Source: Antechinus flavipes
Taxonomy: Eukaryota
Reading direction: 5' to 3'
NCBI RefSeq assembly: GCF_016432865.1
Contig: NC_067402.1
Coordinates: forward strand, 135,160,001 to 135,224,000
DNA length: 64,000 bases
A program made the position numbers and the translations under genes. This document shows, piece after piece, positions 27,711 through 39,519 of the stretch. How positions within the stretch are numbered: position 1 is the stretch's first letter; each line of letters opens with the position of its first letter. The notes beneath the pieces are model-generated. The model did not search any database. It saw only the letters and a list, made by a program, of their open reading frames with translations, and was not told the origin of the DNA.

Positions 27711-28159
27711 ACAATCATAGTCTATCATATGACCTCATGTTGTGGTGAGAAAATATCATATATTAAAGATATATGTGAATAACAGACTCCCCTCATACCT
27801 GGAGTATCTCAAAAAACACTCTTATTTCCTCCCAACAGCTGAAAATGGAAAGCCTGTTTTTAGCCCTGTGCCCAAACTAGAAAAGCTGAATATATGGAGA
27901 TTACAACTTGCCCAGTGCCGCTGGAGGGCTGTCATCTCCATGCTCTGTTCCCCAAACATTGTTATTTATCAAGCAATTCTGTGGTCCTGATAACTAGAAG
28001 TCACTGGAGCTTCCTCAGGTCCTGGAATTCGCCACTGTTTAATGGGAATATCATCATCTTGAGAAGAGAAGATCTGCATTTAATAGAAAAGCAGAGAATT
28101 CATCAAGTTTCATGTCAGGCAAGAAGCAGGAGCAATCAATTCTCTGGGTACTCCAAGAA

Positions 28160-28400
28160 TAACAATAAGCTAGCATTTATATAGCATCTACTATTTGACA
28201 AGTACTGTGCTAAGTGCTTTATTTATTTCTTTCTCACAGTAACCTTGGACAATGGCCTCTATTATCACCTTTTTAAAAAATAAAATTAAAAAAAAAAAAA
28301 AAACAAGCAGAGGTTAAACCCTCTGTCCCCTGTGACCAGAGTCACACAGCTAGTGTTTGAAGAAGGATTTTGTCTTTGACCATCCAGGCTCCAAGCTTAG
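28160..28400 (-). mobile_element. MIR/Mar1-type SINE
   Basis: Reverse L2-type tail (gctagcatttatatagc), CORE remnants, gtcacacagctagtg. Confidence 0.6.
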
Positions 28401-29582
28401 CTTGCACACCTAGTACATTTATAGAGCATTGCAACACTTAGTTGTCTTATCAATATTGCTTTAGCTATATTCGGTCTCTAAACTTGAAAAAGAGGGGAGG
28501 TAAAAATATCTAAAGTTCCCCAATTACCTGATAGGAAATGATGCTATCAGCATGGTAGAAAGAGCTATCCTTCCCCAAATTGTTTTCTTCCCCAAAGTCA
28601 GATCTGTGTGTATTTCTCATGGAAATTAATTGTAGAGGATTAATCGACTGAGAATTTTCAGTTTGATGAGGGCCATGATTTGGAATTTTCCACTTTGTGT
28701 TTCTTTTACATAAATAAACATCCTCTTGGAATGACAGTCTCTTATTCTGACACATAATTGAGTAGGTATGAAAGATATTGCTTGTGTCTTCTTCACAGAA
28801 CTTGTAGTCATCAATATCTTTGTGTTTATTGTTTTTGTTAGATCAGTAAGTAATTGAGATCCTGCAGTAAGAAAGTTCTTGATTGGGATGGGGTTGGAGG
28901 GAGGAAAGTTGCTCTCTTTCTTTTGTTTCAATATTGCTACGGTACCCCATTACCTGGGACTTTTCAGAATCTATCTCTGTGGAAGCCAAAGGCTTTCTAA
29001 ATAAGAAAATACCAGTTTCCCTCTCTTCCCCTACCCCACCCCTCATCTATTATACTTCCAATGGAAGCTGGAATAGGATTAGAATTTTCCTGACTCCAAA
29101 CCACTTTGAAGTACTGAGTTATGGAAAGGATTGAAGAGGTGATGGCAAGTAATTATGTTGTCTGATTGCTATTAACACACAGGAAAACCAGATCCAGTTT
29201 CTTAAGACAGATAAAAACATCTTAGGAAATAAAATATCCTCTAAAGAGGAGACCTAGGTTAAATAAATCTCTGCAGAGGAAGTAATTAGTCTATTGACTT
29301 CCTCTGGCTCCAGATCCTCCTCCTCATTACTTTGTCTCTGGATAATAATGTTTGATTGTTTGCAGAAAATAACCATGCAATCAGCTATTGACATTGTAAT
29401 AATAATAAAGGTCCAGATAAATGCTTGACCTCAAAGGTAATATGTAATGGTGCTTTACAAATAGTAAGCAGTTGTATAATCTAATTATTTATTAATCAGA
29501 TTCTTTTAAAAGATTAACAGTATAAAAGACTTTTTGCAAGCAGCAAAAAGAAAGAAGAAATGGGAGGAGGTAATTTAACTGA

Positions 29583-29820
29583 AAGGGGCAGATAAGTGGC
29601 CCAGTCAGAAAGACTCATCTTCCTGAATTCAAATCTGACTTCAGACACTTACTAACTGTATAATCTTGGGCAATTCCCTTAACCTTGTTTACCTGAGTTA
29701 CCTCACTTATAAAATGAGCTAGGGAAGAAAATAGCAAAACCCTCAATATCTTTGCCAAGAAAACTCCAAATGTAGTTGTGGAGAATTGGACAAGACTGGA
29801 AAATGACTGAAAAATACTAA
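29583..29820 (+). mobile_element. MAR1 CORE-SINE
   Basis: aggggcag...ttcaaatctgacttcagacacttact...tatctttgccaagaaaactccaaat...gactgaaaa. Confidence 0.8.
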
Positions 29821-30590
29821 TTCAACTAATTTAATTGGAAGAAGAAAAATAAATAGAATACGCATTGGGTCCATAGTCTCCAATAGCAGTGAACTTACTG
29901 GATATCTTGGTCCCATGTCAGAAAGGCCGTAAGCCACACAAGTCTCTGCCAACATTCCCCAATAACAGCAAGCAAAGGGAACAAGGGAACGTCAGCAGTG
30001 AATGAAAGGCTTTCCCTGTTGTTGGTTTTTTTCAATTAAATACATAAATGGAAGTCTAGCTATTTATATCATAAGGCCATATGAACTATTTACTTTGTGG
30101 CACTTTGTCTAAATTGTGTACATATAAGACCCAGAAGGATATATTAGCCCAAGAGCTTTAAAATCCAAACCTATCAAGTAATAACTAATGTCACACCCTT
30201 TAAAAAATACTACAGGGCAGCTTATATTAACATTAAAGATGGCATAGTTCCACAGCACTTGTATTACATGAGGTGGACCTGAGGAAGCTATGAAATATGT
30301 GGCTTTTGTTTCCTATAGCCTCTCCTCTCTATTTTATGTTCTTCTTATCCTCCTTATAACCATGAACCCAGTCCAGAGGCTTTCTCTAGCTAAGGTATAA
30401 AGCACCTTGTTAAGCTGCTACAATGCTACAAAACTGATATTAATATTATTTGTAGTAATATTTTAATTTTATTTTAATAGAATAATATGCAAAATCTTAT
30501 GACAAATGAACTCCCCAATAAGACAAGGAGGTCAAATATCTTGGAAGCAATTTAGCTAAGAAAAAAACACTGATAATGACAAGTGAAGCT

Positions 30591-31134
30591 TGAAACTGAA
30601 GGGGGGACCCCAAAACTCTCTCTCTGAATCTTGGTGGTCATGGGATTAGTGGCAATAAGAGAGCTGTTAAAGATGCCCTTTAATCGGGGCTGTAGGTTTA
30701 AAGTGAAAGAATTCACTTATTCCTGAATTTTTAGTTGCAAAATGAATTTATTGTTGGATAGAAAGTTTCTAAGGAACAAACTTCTATAGTGGCAGAGTTC
30801 TATTTGGAAATGAAGTTTTGGCGCTGAGAGAATGATCAGCGGGCAGGGTCCAAGCAAAGTGCATGAGCACTCTGCAAAGTAGCTTAGCTCTGGGAAGCTG
30901 TTATATTGGATATCTTGGTGGGGGCTGGAACCGCCAAACTGATCAGACTAGCATTCCTCAATTGAATGAGAATTTAGAATTTCTATGGGAGTTGATTTGC
31001 CCCTGGATAGTATTGCTTCTCTTATCCTGAGAGGATAGGCTCTTTCTCTAGACTTCTTGCAGCCTGATCTCTGAAATCAGAAAAGGGGACACAATCTTTA
31101 GGAGTGATAATTTTAAAGGGAACACAACTTAACA
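30591..31134 (-). mobile_element. ERV LTR-like module A (3'-LTR position)
   Basis: Minus strand TGTTAAG...CCCCCCTTCAGTTTCA, TATA-like ATATAA (30901-30906), AATAAA (30747-30752), and a purine tract immediately upstream. Confidence 0.7.
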
Positions 31135-31160
31135 GTTTCCCTTCCTCTTCACCCCGTCCC
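31135..31160 (-). other. Polypurine-tract-like sequence abutting LTR A
   Basis: Minus strand ...GGGGTGAAGAGGAAGGGAAAC|TGTTAAG. Confidence 0.5.
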
Positions 31161-33514
31161 CCCCAAGCAGTTAACACTTAAATTCATTTGAGGAATAAAG
31201 GACGAAGATCTCAACTTCATGTAGCTACTTCAAGATGACAAGAGTTGTAGAGATATTGGGGGGTCCAAGCCAGGACCCCCTAGTCTGGAGGGTGGGGTAT
31301 GAGAACTGAAGACAGCAACAGAGGGGTGGAGTGTGAGAACTGAAGACAGAAGCAGAGCATCCGATTGTGTGTAATGTCCCAATCAGTCCAGGTCTGCAGC
31401 TGGAGGGGCATTTGAAAAGTCACAGCTTGAAACCTAGAGAAAACAGATTTCAGGAGCAGATTAAAAGTGGGGTGTCATCCAGGATTGAGATGATGACATT
31501 TAGGAATGGAGCCTTTTTGCAGAAAATGCATCAGGTCCCATCTGTGGGCTGCTTTAAGAATGCTCATAGCCCACCCAACAATACTGAATGTCCCCACTAC
31601 CCACAGAGCTCCCTAACTGAAAGTAGTTAAGGAGTTTTCAAATAGTTTCTGTCTCTCCCTCTGACCTCATGTGGTCCTGCTGCAGTCAGGGAATGAGAAA
31701 GGAAAAGAAAGAAACCATTTTCTCTCTCTTAACTCTCTGCATGATCCTCCCCAATTTAATTGAATTGCTTTGAAATTTTATTTCCCAACCATTATTTCCA
31801 GTGGACTTTCCTAAAGCTGCAACTTTGGCCAGAGTTGGACTTTACAGGAAAGTCAGACCCTTATTTGCTGGCAGGGGTATAGAATGCCAATCAAGAAAAA
31901 TAGGAGAGAATATGCTAGGAGCAAAAGTTCTCATCTTTGGGGTGAGAAAGTTAGGTAGGAGAGTGAGAGAAAGGACATAGCCTGTTTTCCTCAGAGTGCC
32001 CAGAAGAGAGATACACAGCTCCACAAGGAACTGAGGCAGTTTTATGGAACAAGCATGCTTCCTGAGAGGGTTGGAAACTGCGGTTCCTTTAAGAGACAGA
32101 CAAAGGTTCGGGAATGGGCATGGACCTACTTGTCCAGACTACTGGTAAACTTCTGTTAATTTAAAAGTTGGGTGAAAATTTTCTGGAGGCTTGAGAAGAT
32201 AAGATTGAGTCCCCAGTCTCCCCATTAAATAGAACCCCAATAAGGGAATGAGATAGGATGATTTAAATGACAGATTTACCAAGCCAGCCAGGTAGAAGAG
32301 GGGTTTGAAACAGGTCTTGGGTTCCTCTGCAATCCCCATTCTATGGGGGTAGAGGGAGGAGAGGCCAGAGTTGTAAAGCAAGAGTGAAGGAGAAAGAAAT
32401 GCAATGTTCTTACCCAGATGCTTCCCAAATAGTGAAGGTTCCATTGTTGATTCCACATTGGAACTGGAGGGATGGGGAATTCAACCAGACTCCTGCAGGA
32501 GGGCAGGCCATTGGGGAGATGGCTCAACCCCTGTAGTTCCCAGGAGTAACAGCCAAGGGTAGAGACATGTCTCCAAAGTTCGCTTTAATTCCATGACTGT
32601 TCTCCTCGGCTAAAGTCTGATTGCTTTCATGAAAGACTTGAACATCTGTATGTAATAGCGGAGTGGGAGAATCTTGAGGGCTCAAGCTTGGCTTCTCTAG
32701 GTTTCTCGGTTTATCTCCCCAGGACAGATCAAAGAGGGTGCCAGCCCTTGGACCCCCGAGAAAGTTGGATGGGGTCTCTAGAGTAATGGCCAGGTTTCTC
32801 CTTGGTCTGGGGGGTGTACAGCTTTCTGAAAGAGACACTCCCGCTCAGAGTTTGGGTTTCTCTGGATTTTCTGCCTGAAGACAGAGCTTAAAATCAGAAT
32901 CCTGGAAAAACTGGAAGCTCCGGGATTCAGGTCAGGTAAGAGAAAAAGGAATTTAGGAGTGCCTTGAGATGTAAAGGAAGGCCCTAAGCATCTTAAGCTT
33001 TTCAGTCAGGGGATTTTTCTCAAGCCAAATATCTCTGCTCAAGATAGGATTTTTAGAGGCAGAAGTGTTTTGTCTCATTTTGGACAGGTAAAAGCTTTTA
33101 GTTTTTCCCCAAATTCTTGCAGTGCCTCTCATGCGTTTAGATGTCTCTAGAGGCAGAGAGCAACAAAAGGGGGCCTTTTGTCAATACACAGCAATTCCCA
33201 TGGGATGTCCCCTAAAAATTCTGCCTGAACCTGGGGCTCTAACAATAACAGTCCAAAACCTAATTGGGGGTAGCTTTGAGCATCCACTATGGAATGGGGA
33301 AGAAAAAAAAAGGTTTTTTTTACCTTGGCCAGATTTTCAGGATTTCCAGGTCAGGGAACTAAAAATGATGAGGTTAGTGGCAGGTTCGGGGTTGAGGGAA
33401 CCAAATGAAGAGGTTTGGCTCCCTTAGATTTTCCTAGGATTCGGTGCAGGGTAGGGAGTTATAGGAACCTCTTTCTGGCAGCACAGAGGTCCTTTAGCCA
33501 GGCTTTCTCTGGAT
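31161..33514 (-). mobile_element. Non-autonomous ERV internal region, no recognisable gag/pol/env
   Basis: GC-richer ~2.4-kb segment between a PBS-like site and a PPT-like site. Only short ORFs (<=105 aa), with no retroviral motifs I can recognise. Confidence 0.6.
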
Positions 33515-33532
33515 TCCTTGCGGTGGCCACCA
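33515..33532 (-). other. Primer-binding-site-like sequence (TGGTGGCCACCGCAAGGA)
   Basis: Begins 2 nt after the LTR-terminal CA; 13/18 match to the complement of the remembered tRNA-Ile(AAT) 3' end. Confidence 0.5.
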
Positions 33533-33534
33533 AA

Positions 33535-34090
33535 TGGGAAGTCAGCCTTTCCTATGCATGACTAGAAAGACGGAATTCCTTGGTGGCAAGGTCCTGACAG
33601 AGAAGTAAAGTTTCTAGCAGAGAAATCCTGACAGAGAGGTATAAAGTCTTGTTAAGGAAATAGGTGAGAAGGAGATAAAGAGGAGTTAACGCTGAAAGAG
33701 AATATAATTTCAGCAGACAGAGGGTTGCTACTATGCCAGGGAGAGAGAGAGAGGTTCCTTGGCATGGTATATTAGGTCCTCTGCAAGGACTGAGACCCAA
33801 GTTGGCTCATTTTATAATAGAAGTCTAGGCTAGCGGCTCTTGATAGGGGCTGGGTGCAGTCTAAGCTGGAATCAGAAAAGGGAATCTGGAAATTCAATGA
33901 ATATCTCTGGACTAATCCCCATCTCAATGGGGAGCTCAATTAGTAGTGAGTATTATCAATGGGGGTGGTGCCCATTTCTCAAGATAATAGAATAAAGCTA
34001 TTTATCCTTTTTCCCTTAGGCAGGGTCTTTTGCAGAGGCTTTCTCCTTGAACGAGTTTCAGAGAGTTTCAGGGTCCCCCCTTCAGTTTCA
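33535..34090 (-). mobile_element. ERV LTR-like module B (5'-LTR position)
   Basis: Minus strand TGAAACTG...GACTTCCCA, TATAAAA at 33810-33816, (CT)n R-like region, followed by TT and a TGG-starting PBS. Confidence 0.7.
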
Positions 34091-34324
34091 GGCTCCCCTC
34101 CTCAATTAGGTCATGGAGCAAGAACTTCAGACAATAGGGGAATTAGTTAATTTAGAGATTAAATCTCACAGTTCTTCAAATAGCCACTCAGTGGAATTCA
34201 GTTGTTCAGATGGATGACAAAGTTGAATAAGATTGTGGTGTTTGGAATGTAAGCTCATCAAGGGCAAGGTCAAGGTCATTTTTATCTTTGTATCTCCAGT
34301 GTCTACCTCAGTGCCTAAAACATA

Positions 34325-34430
34325 GTAGGTTTACCTTAGTTTCCTCACCTATAAAATGAGATGGGGAAGGAAATGGCAAGACACTCAAGTATCTTTGTCA
34401 AGAAAACCCCAAATAAAAATGACTGAAAAA
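34325..34430 (+). mobile_element. MAR1 3' fragment
   Basis: gtttcctcacctataaaatgag...ggaaatggcaagacactcaagtatctttgtcaagaaaacccc. Confidence 0.75.
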
Positions 34431-34707
34431 TGTTTATTGAATTGGTTGAAAATGTGCTTTCCTACTAACTAGTCCCACAAGGGATCCAAATGAATACATG
34501 GCTCATATTTTTAGGGTGCTTTCTGATTACAGAGTCCTTCTTGTACTTCTCATTTGATCCTTCATTAACGAGTCAGCAAATATTTATTATGTGCCCACTA
34601 AGTAACTGGCACTGTGCTAGGCATTGAGAATACAAATGCAATCAATGAAATAAATCCTCCTGCCAAGGTGCAGTTTCCTGTTATTGTTTCCTAGGAGGAA
34701 AATATTT

Positions 34708-34830
34708 AAGGACTCCTGGGAGGTTCAGTGGATAAAGCATCAGCTGTAGAGTCAAGAGGATCTGAGTTCAAATTTAATCTCAGACACTTACTAGCTTTAT
34801 GACTCCAAACAACTCACTCACCTCTCCCCT
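34708..34830 (+). mobile_element. CORE-SINE 5' part (WSINE1/MAR1-type head)
   Basis: cagtggataaagcatc...tctgagttcaaatttaatctcagacacttactagct. Confidence 0.65.
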
Positions 34831-35919
34831 CACCAAGAAAAGAAGAGAACATTTGACATGAAAACCATTTCAGCATTTTTAAAAAGAACATTTCTTAGCA
34901 TTTTAAAAGAAATTTATTTACCTACAAGAACCAATTCCAAATGGTAGATTTTTAGACAATGGGACAGGAAAAGGAAAGAGTTTTCCTAAATCCCTCAAAT
35001 CTCACTTCATAGGTATGAGGGTACGTCATCTTGCTTTCACATCAAGTGACATAACATAAAATAGAAGTTGCTGTGAACAGAGAACATGAATACTATCACA
35101 TGCTGTGGCTCACTATAGAAAGAGGAAATTTCTCTTTCCCCAACTGCACCTCAGTCATTCCTCATATGTTTTGTTGTTGAACAAAGTATAAAAGGCATTA
35201 TTCAGTAGTCAGGCTTTAAAATAATGTTACAGACCCTCAATGAAAATGATTAGGTGTTAGAAACTTGAATGGATAGGGAAATTTTCCATTCTATACCTTT
35301 CTGTTAACCTACAATTATAGCAAGAATGAAGCTATCAGCTTGTTCATTTGGTAGGAACAAGAAAATAGGTATTCCATTGGTGGGTTAGACTTTTTCATAG
35401 AGTGCTACTAGCTAGTCTCATTCTACTCTCTTCAGTGAGGAGCAATTATTTTAAAAGCACATAGAGAGATAATAACTATTGCATTGCCTTACTGAGGTGC
35501 ACAGTATTTCAGCTCCAGCAAATGGATTTGGAACAAGGGTATGAGTTTTGCTAGATGAGTAAGCTATATTAATGGAAACAAAGAGCTTGTTTTCAGTCCC
35601 TCTTGCTCCTTATCTCAGATTTTTTTTTTTTTTCTGATGTAAAAAAGTGCCATGGGGTTAACATACAGGTTTAAGAATTGTAGATATCTGTTTGATGAAG
35701 TGTCTGTACTATAAGGAAAATGTGATAAAATACTGAACTTTCTTTAACTAAATTTTTAAGTACTTCAAAATCACTGGCACAATCCCATTGATGGAAAAAG
35801 ATGGCTCTTCTCTTTGCCATGATTGGCTTCTAAGAGACAATTTGATTCCTCTAGTTCCATGTGCCTGAGCATGAACAATTTCCTTTTCCTTGTAAATTGG
35901 GAATATTTCAAAAGGAAAC

Positions 35920-36457
35920 TTTTTTAACTTTAATTTTAATTTTTTTATAAGAAAAAAAGAATAGAAAAAGAAAAAAATTGTCATGTGCACAATAAAACAC
36001 GAAAGGATTCAAATTATGTAACAATAAATTTCCATTTCAAGAAAGCATATATATAATAATAGAACACACTGTATTCAGTACTATATATATCTTTGCTTCC
36101 TTATAAGTTTTCTGTGCACTTTTTACTTTATTCTTTCTTCCCTCTTTCTTCTCCCCCATATATATGCACATATATGTAAACACACCTATATAAACATATA
36201 TACATACATACACATACATATACATATATTCATTATCTCTTGTTTTCTAATCTCCTGACTCTTCTACTTTACTTCTATCCACTAGCTTGCCTTGCTAATA
36301 CTTAAATTAAATTTAATTAAAATACTTGTTATCCTCTGCCTTCAATCTTTCCCTTCCTCTTTATTTCTTTCCCATTAATCTTCACATCCTTCTATACCCT
36401 GCCTATTCCCTGCCCCCTTACTTTATAGATTTTGGAGGGTGATATTCCCTTCTTGAT

Positions 36458-36502
<45 letters not shown>

Positions 36503-38334
36503 ATTAACTCATTCAGGATGTGAGTAGGATTTCAGAATCATCATCCCTCCTTCCCCATCTAATTATTCTATTAATTCTGTGTTTACTCTCATACCTCATT
36601 TATATAGCATAATTACTGTTTTTAGCTTTTCCTACATGGATTTGCTTTTTAGAATTACATCATACTAACCTTTTCCCCCAATCTTTCTTTTGGATACCAA
36701 TTACTAATGACAATTTTAAACACATGGTTTGCATTTCCACATATAAATCATAAACAGTTTTTCTTTACTGAGTCCCTTGAAATTAATTTTTGATTGTTGA
36801 CTGTCAACATCAAATCAATATGTCAAATTTTCTATTGAGTTCAGGTTTGTTTGTAACAAAATCCTGAAAATCTTACAGTTTATTGAGTATCTATGTTTTT
36901 CCTTCAATATTATACTTAATTTTCCTGAATATAATAATTTTGGTCACAAACCTAGTTTTTTAAATTACTGATTCATAGTATTCCAAGATCTGTAATCTTT
37001 TCTTGTAACTGTTGATAGGTCTTGTGTGACTCTAATTGTAGTTCTAGCATATTTGAATTGTTTTGTTGTTGTTGTAGTTGTTGCTTATAAAGTTTCCTCT
37101 TTGATCTGGAGTTTTTTAAATTTAGCAATGATGTTCCTGTATATTTGTTTTTGGCAGAATCTCTTTCAGGTAGTGATTAATCAGTGAATTTTTTTTCTTT
37201 CTTTACAATTTTCTTTGATTAGTTCTTCTATTATTATTTCAAGGTGTTTTCCCCCCTGATCATAGCTTTCAACTATGCTTATATTTTTCTCTCCTTGATC
37301 TTTTTCTTATGAGATGTCACATTCTTTTCCACTTTTTCATTCTTTATATTTTGTTTTATTATTTCTTGTTCTCATAAATTCATTGGCTTCCCTTTGCCCA
37401 ATTCTAATTTTCAAAGAGTTAGTTTCTTCCTTTAGACTTCGGATCTCCTTTAATAATTGGTTGACTTTCTTTCCATAATCTTTTTTCCCCTTAGTTTGTT
37501 GTTGTTGTTGTTGTTGTTCTCATTTAATTTTTAAAGTCTTTTGAGTTCTTCTATGAATGTTCTTTGGACAATTAACCCTTTAATGTTATTCTTTGGTATA
37601 GGAGAGATTTTTTTTTCCTTTGGTATCCTCCATTATAAATCAACCCCAGTCTTCTTATTCCCATGGTAACTTTCTATGGTTGGGTTCTTTCTTCATTGCC
37701 TGCTCTTTTTTTTTTCCCTCTAAATAAGAGTTTGTTAGTATAATCACCTCTCTAGGGGGATGAGGGTGGTATGGTGCCTAGGGCTTTAGGTCTTTTTTTG
37801 GTTCTTCCCTCTGGCCTGCAACTCAAAAGCAAGAATTCCATCCCCAGTAAGTGTCTGCAGTGTTTAGTGCTTCTGCACTCGGAAGGGAATGGGGGGTTGA
37901 AGAAATGGGGGAGGAGGGCATGCTGTTTCTTTTCCCAGTGAGTGGCATCTCAGCAACACAGCTGGACCTAACCTTCCTTTTCAGTCTAGGCTCTCTCATT
38001 TTTCTCAAACTCAAACCTCCAATTCCCCACACTATCTAGGAGGTGCAAGTTTCTTTGGCTGAGATTGAGGCTCCTCCGAACCCAGCTAGTCCCAGGGCTC
38101 TCTGCTTGCTGTTTCAGTGGAGATGTTTACACTTCATACAGATTAAAGCTCAGTCCTGAGGTCTTTTTTTTTTTTTTAGGTCTTCTCAAATTTTCCCAGG
38201 AGGGTCCCTGTTCTACCCCAAATCTAATTTGTTTTTCACTGGTCTACCTTCATACTGAGGCACAATTTCATTGTTTGTGAGGGAAACCTGGAGAATTTGG
38301 AATTTTCTGACCTACTCATCTTCCCAGAATCCTC
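35920..38334 (-). mobile_element. Full-length HAL1 (half-L1)-like element: L1-type 5' end, decayed ORF1, 3' UTR and A-tail, no ORF2
   Basis: Minus strand starts GAGGATTCTGGGAAGATG..AGTAGGTC (marsupial L1-type 5' end). ORF1-like sequence spans ~36700-37700 and the T-tail lies at ~35920-35950. Total length is only ~2.4 kb. Possible diverged TSD aaaaggaaactttt / aaaaagaaatttt. Confidence 0.6.
36460..36499. repeat. (CA)n microsatellite
   Basis: Direct reading, about 20 units. Confidence 0.98.
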
Positions 38335-38360
38335 TTCTTAAAAAGAAATTTTCAAGGTAA

Positions 38361-38472
38361 ATTAACACAAAACAAAATACAAAAACAGAGAAATTTTAAA
38401 GATTAATACAAAACAAAATACAAAAACAGAAAAAATTTAAAGATTAATACAAAACAAAATGCAAAAGCAGAG
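38361..38472. repeat. 41-bp A-rich minisatellite, ~2.7 units
   Basis: Unit attaa(c/t)acaaaacaaaatacaaaaacaga(g/a)aaa(t/a)tttaaag at 38361, 38402 and 38443. Confidence 0.9.
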
Positions 38473-39019
38473 TCTATAGAGAAGGTGTAGGGGACTGTCC
38501 ACAGAGCATTGAAATCTTATCTTCAGACCACTTTTATAGTCACATATTGGCTCAGACAACAAAGTTTACAGGATGCCCAAACCATGTTCTCTTTTCTTAG
38601 ATTGAAACCCCTTTTTCAGTCTGAGTATTTTACCCTCAGGAGGGGTTCCTACTTATTCTACAGTAGAGTTGAAATAAGAGTTCACTAGGAGGATAGTACA
38701 TATTATCTCACTGTAGCATTGGTTCTATGTCCTGATGAGGCAATCCACCTTTTAATTTAAAGGCAATTAATGCAGTGAACAGAGTGCTAGCTTTGGTGTC
38801 ATGAAGACCTGACTTCAAATTCTGCATGTCACTCAGCCTTACTGAGTTGTGAGGTAATATATTTCAAAGTACTTTTAAGCTCTCTATAAATGTTAGTTAT
38901 TATTTTTAAAGTATGGACAAAATAATATCAAGCCATTTAGTCCTATCTGTTGCGTAGACAGGATACTAGTTAGAATGACAGGAACCTCTTTGTTCTATAT
39001 TCTATAAAAAGTCTGTTTG

Positions 39020-39435
39020 ATCAGTGAAATGACTAAGACCAGTTCCAATGATCTTGTGATAAAGAGAGCCATCAACACCCAGAGGGAGACTGTGGGAATT
39101 GAATGTGGATTACAACACAGCATTTTCACTCTTTTTTTTTTTTTTTTTGTTGTTGTTGTTGTTGTTTGCTTGCATTTTGTTTTCTTTCTCATTTTTTCCC
39201 CTTTTTGATCAGATTTTTCTTGTGCAGTAAGATAATTGTATAAATGTGTATCATATGTTGGATTTAACATATATTTTAACATGTTTAACATATATTGGAT
39301 TATTTGCCATCTGGGGGAAGGGATGGGGAGAAGGAGGGGAAAATTTGAAACACAAGTCTTTGCAAGGTCAATATTGGAAAATTATCTGTGCATATGTTTT
39401 GAAAATAAAAAAGAAATATTCAAATTAAATAAAAG
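39020..39435 (+). mobile_element. 5'-truncated L1
   Basis: 12-bp TSD aaagtctgtttg at 39008-39019 and 39436-39447. Confidence 0.9.
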
Positions 39436-39519
39436 AAAGTCTGTTTGGTTCTAGCATCTCAAGCTACCCTTGGGTATGAGCACAAAATGGGATGGCACCT
39501 GGATCATAAACTCCTAGAT

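Noticed and set aside
32139-33427. ORFs in the ERV interior as gag/env
   Set aside because: No MA WP..GT pattern in one frame, no major homology region, zinc knuckle, RT or CX6CC motif that I can verify.
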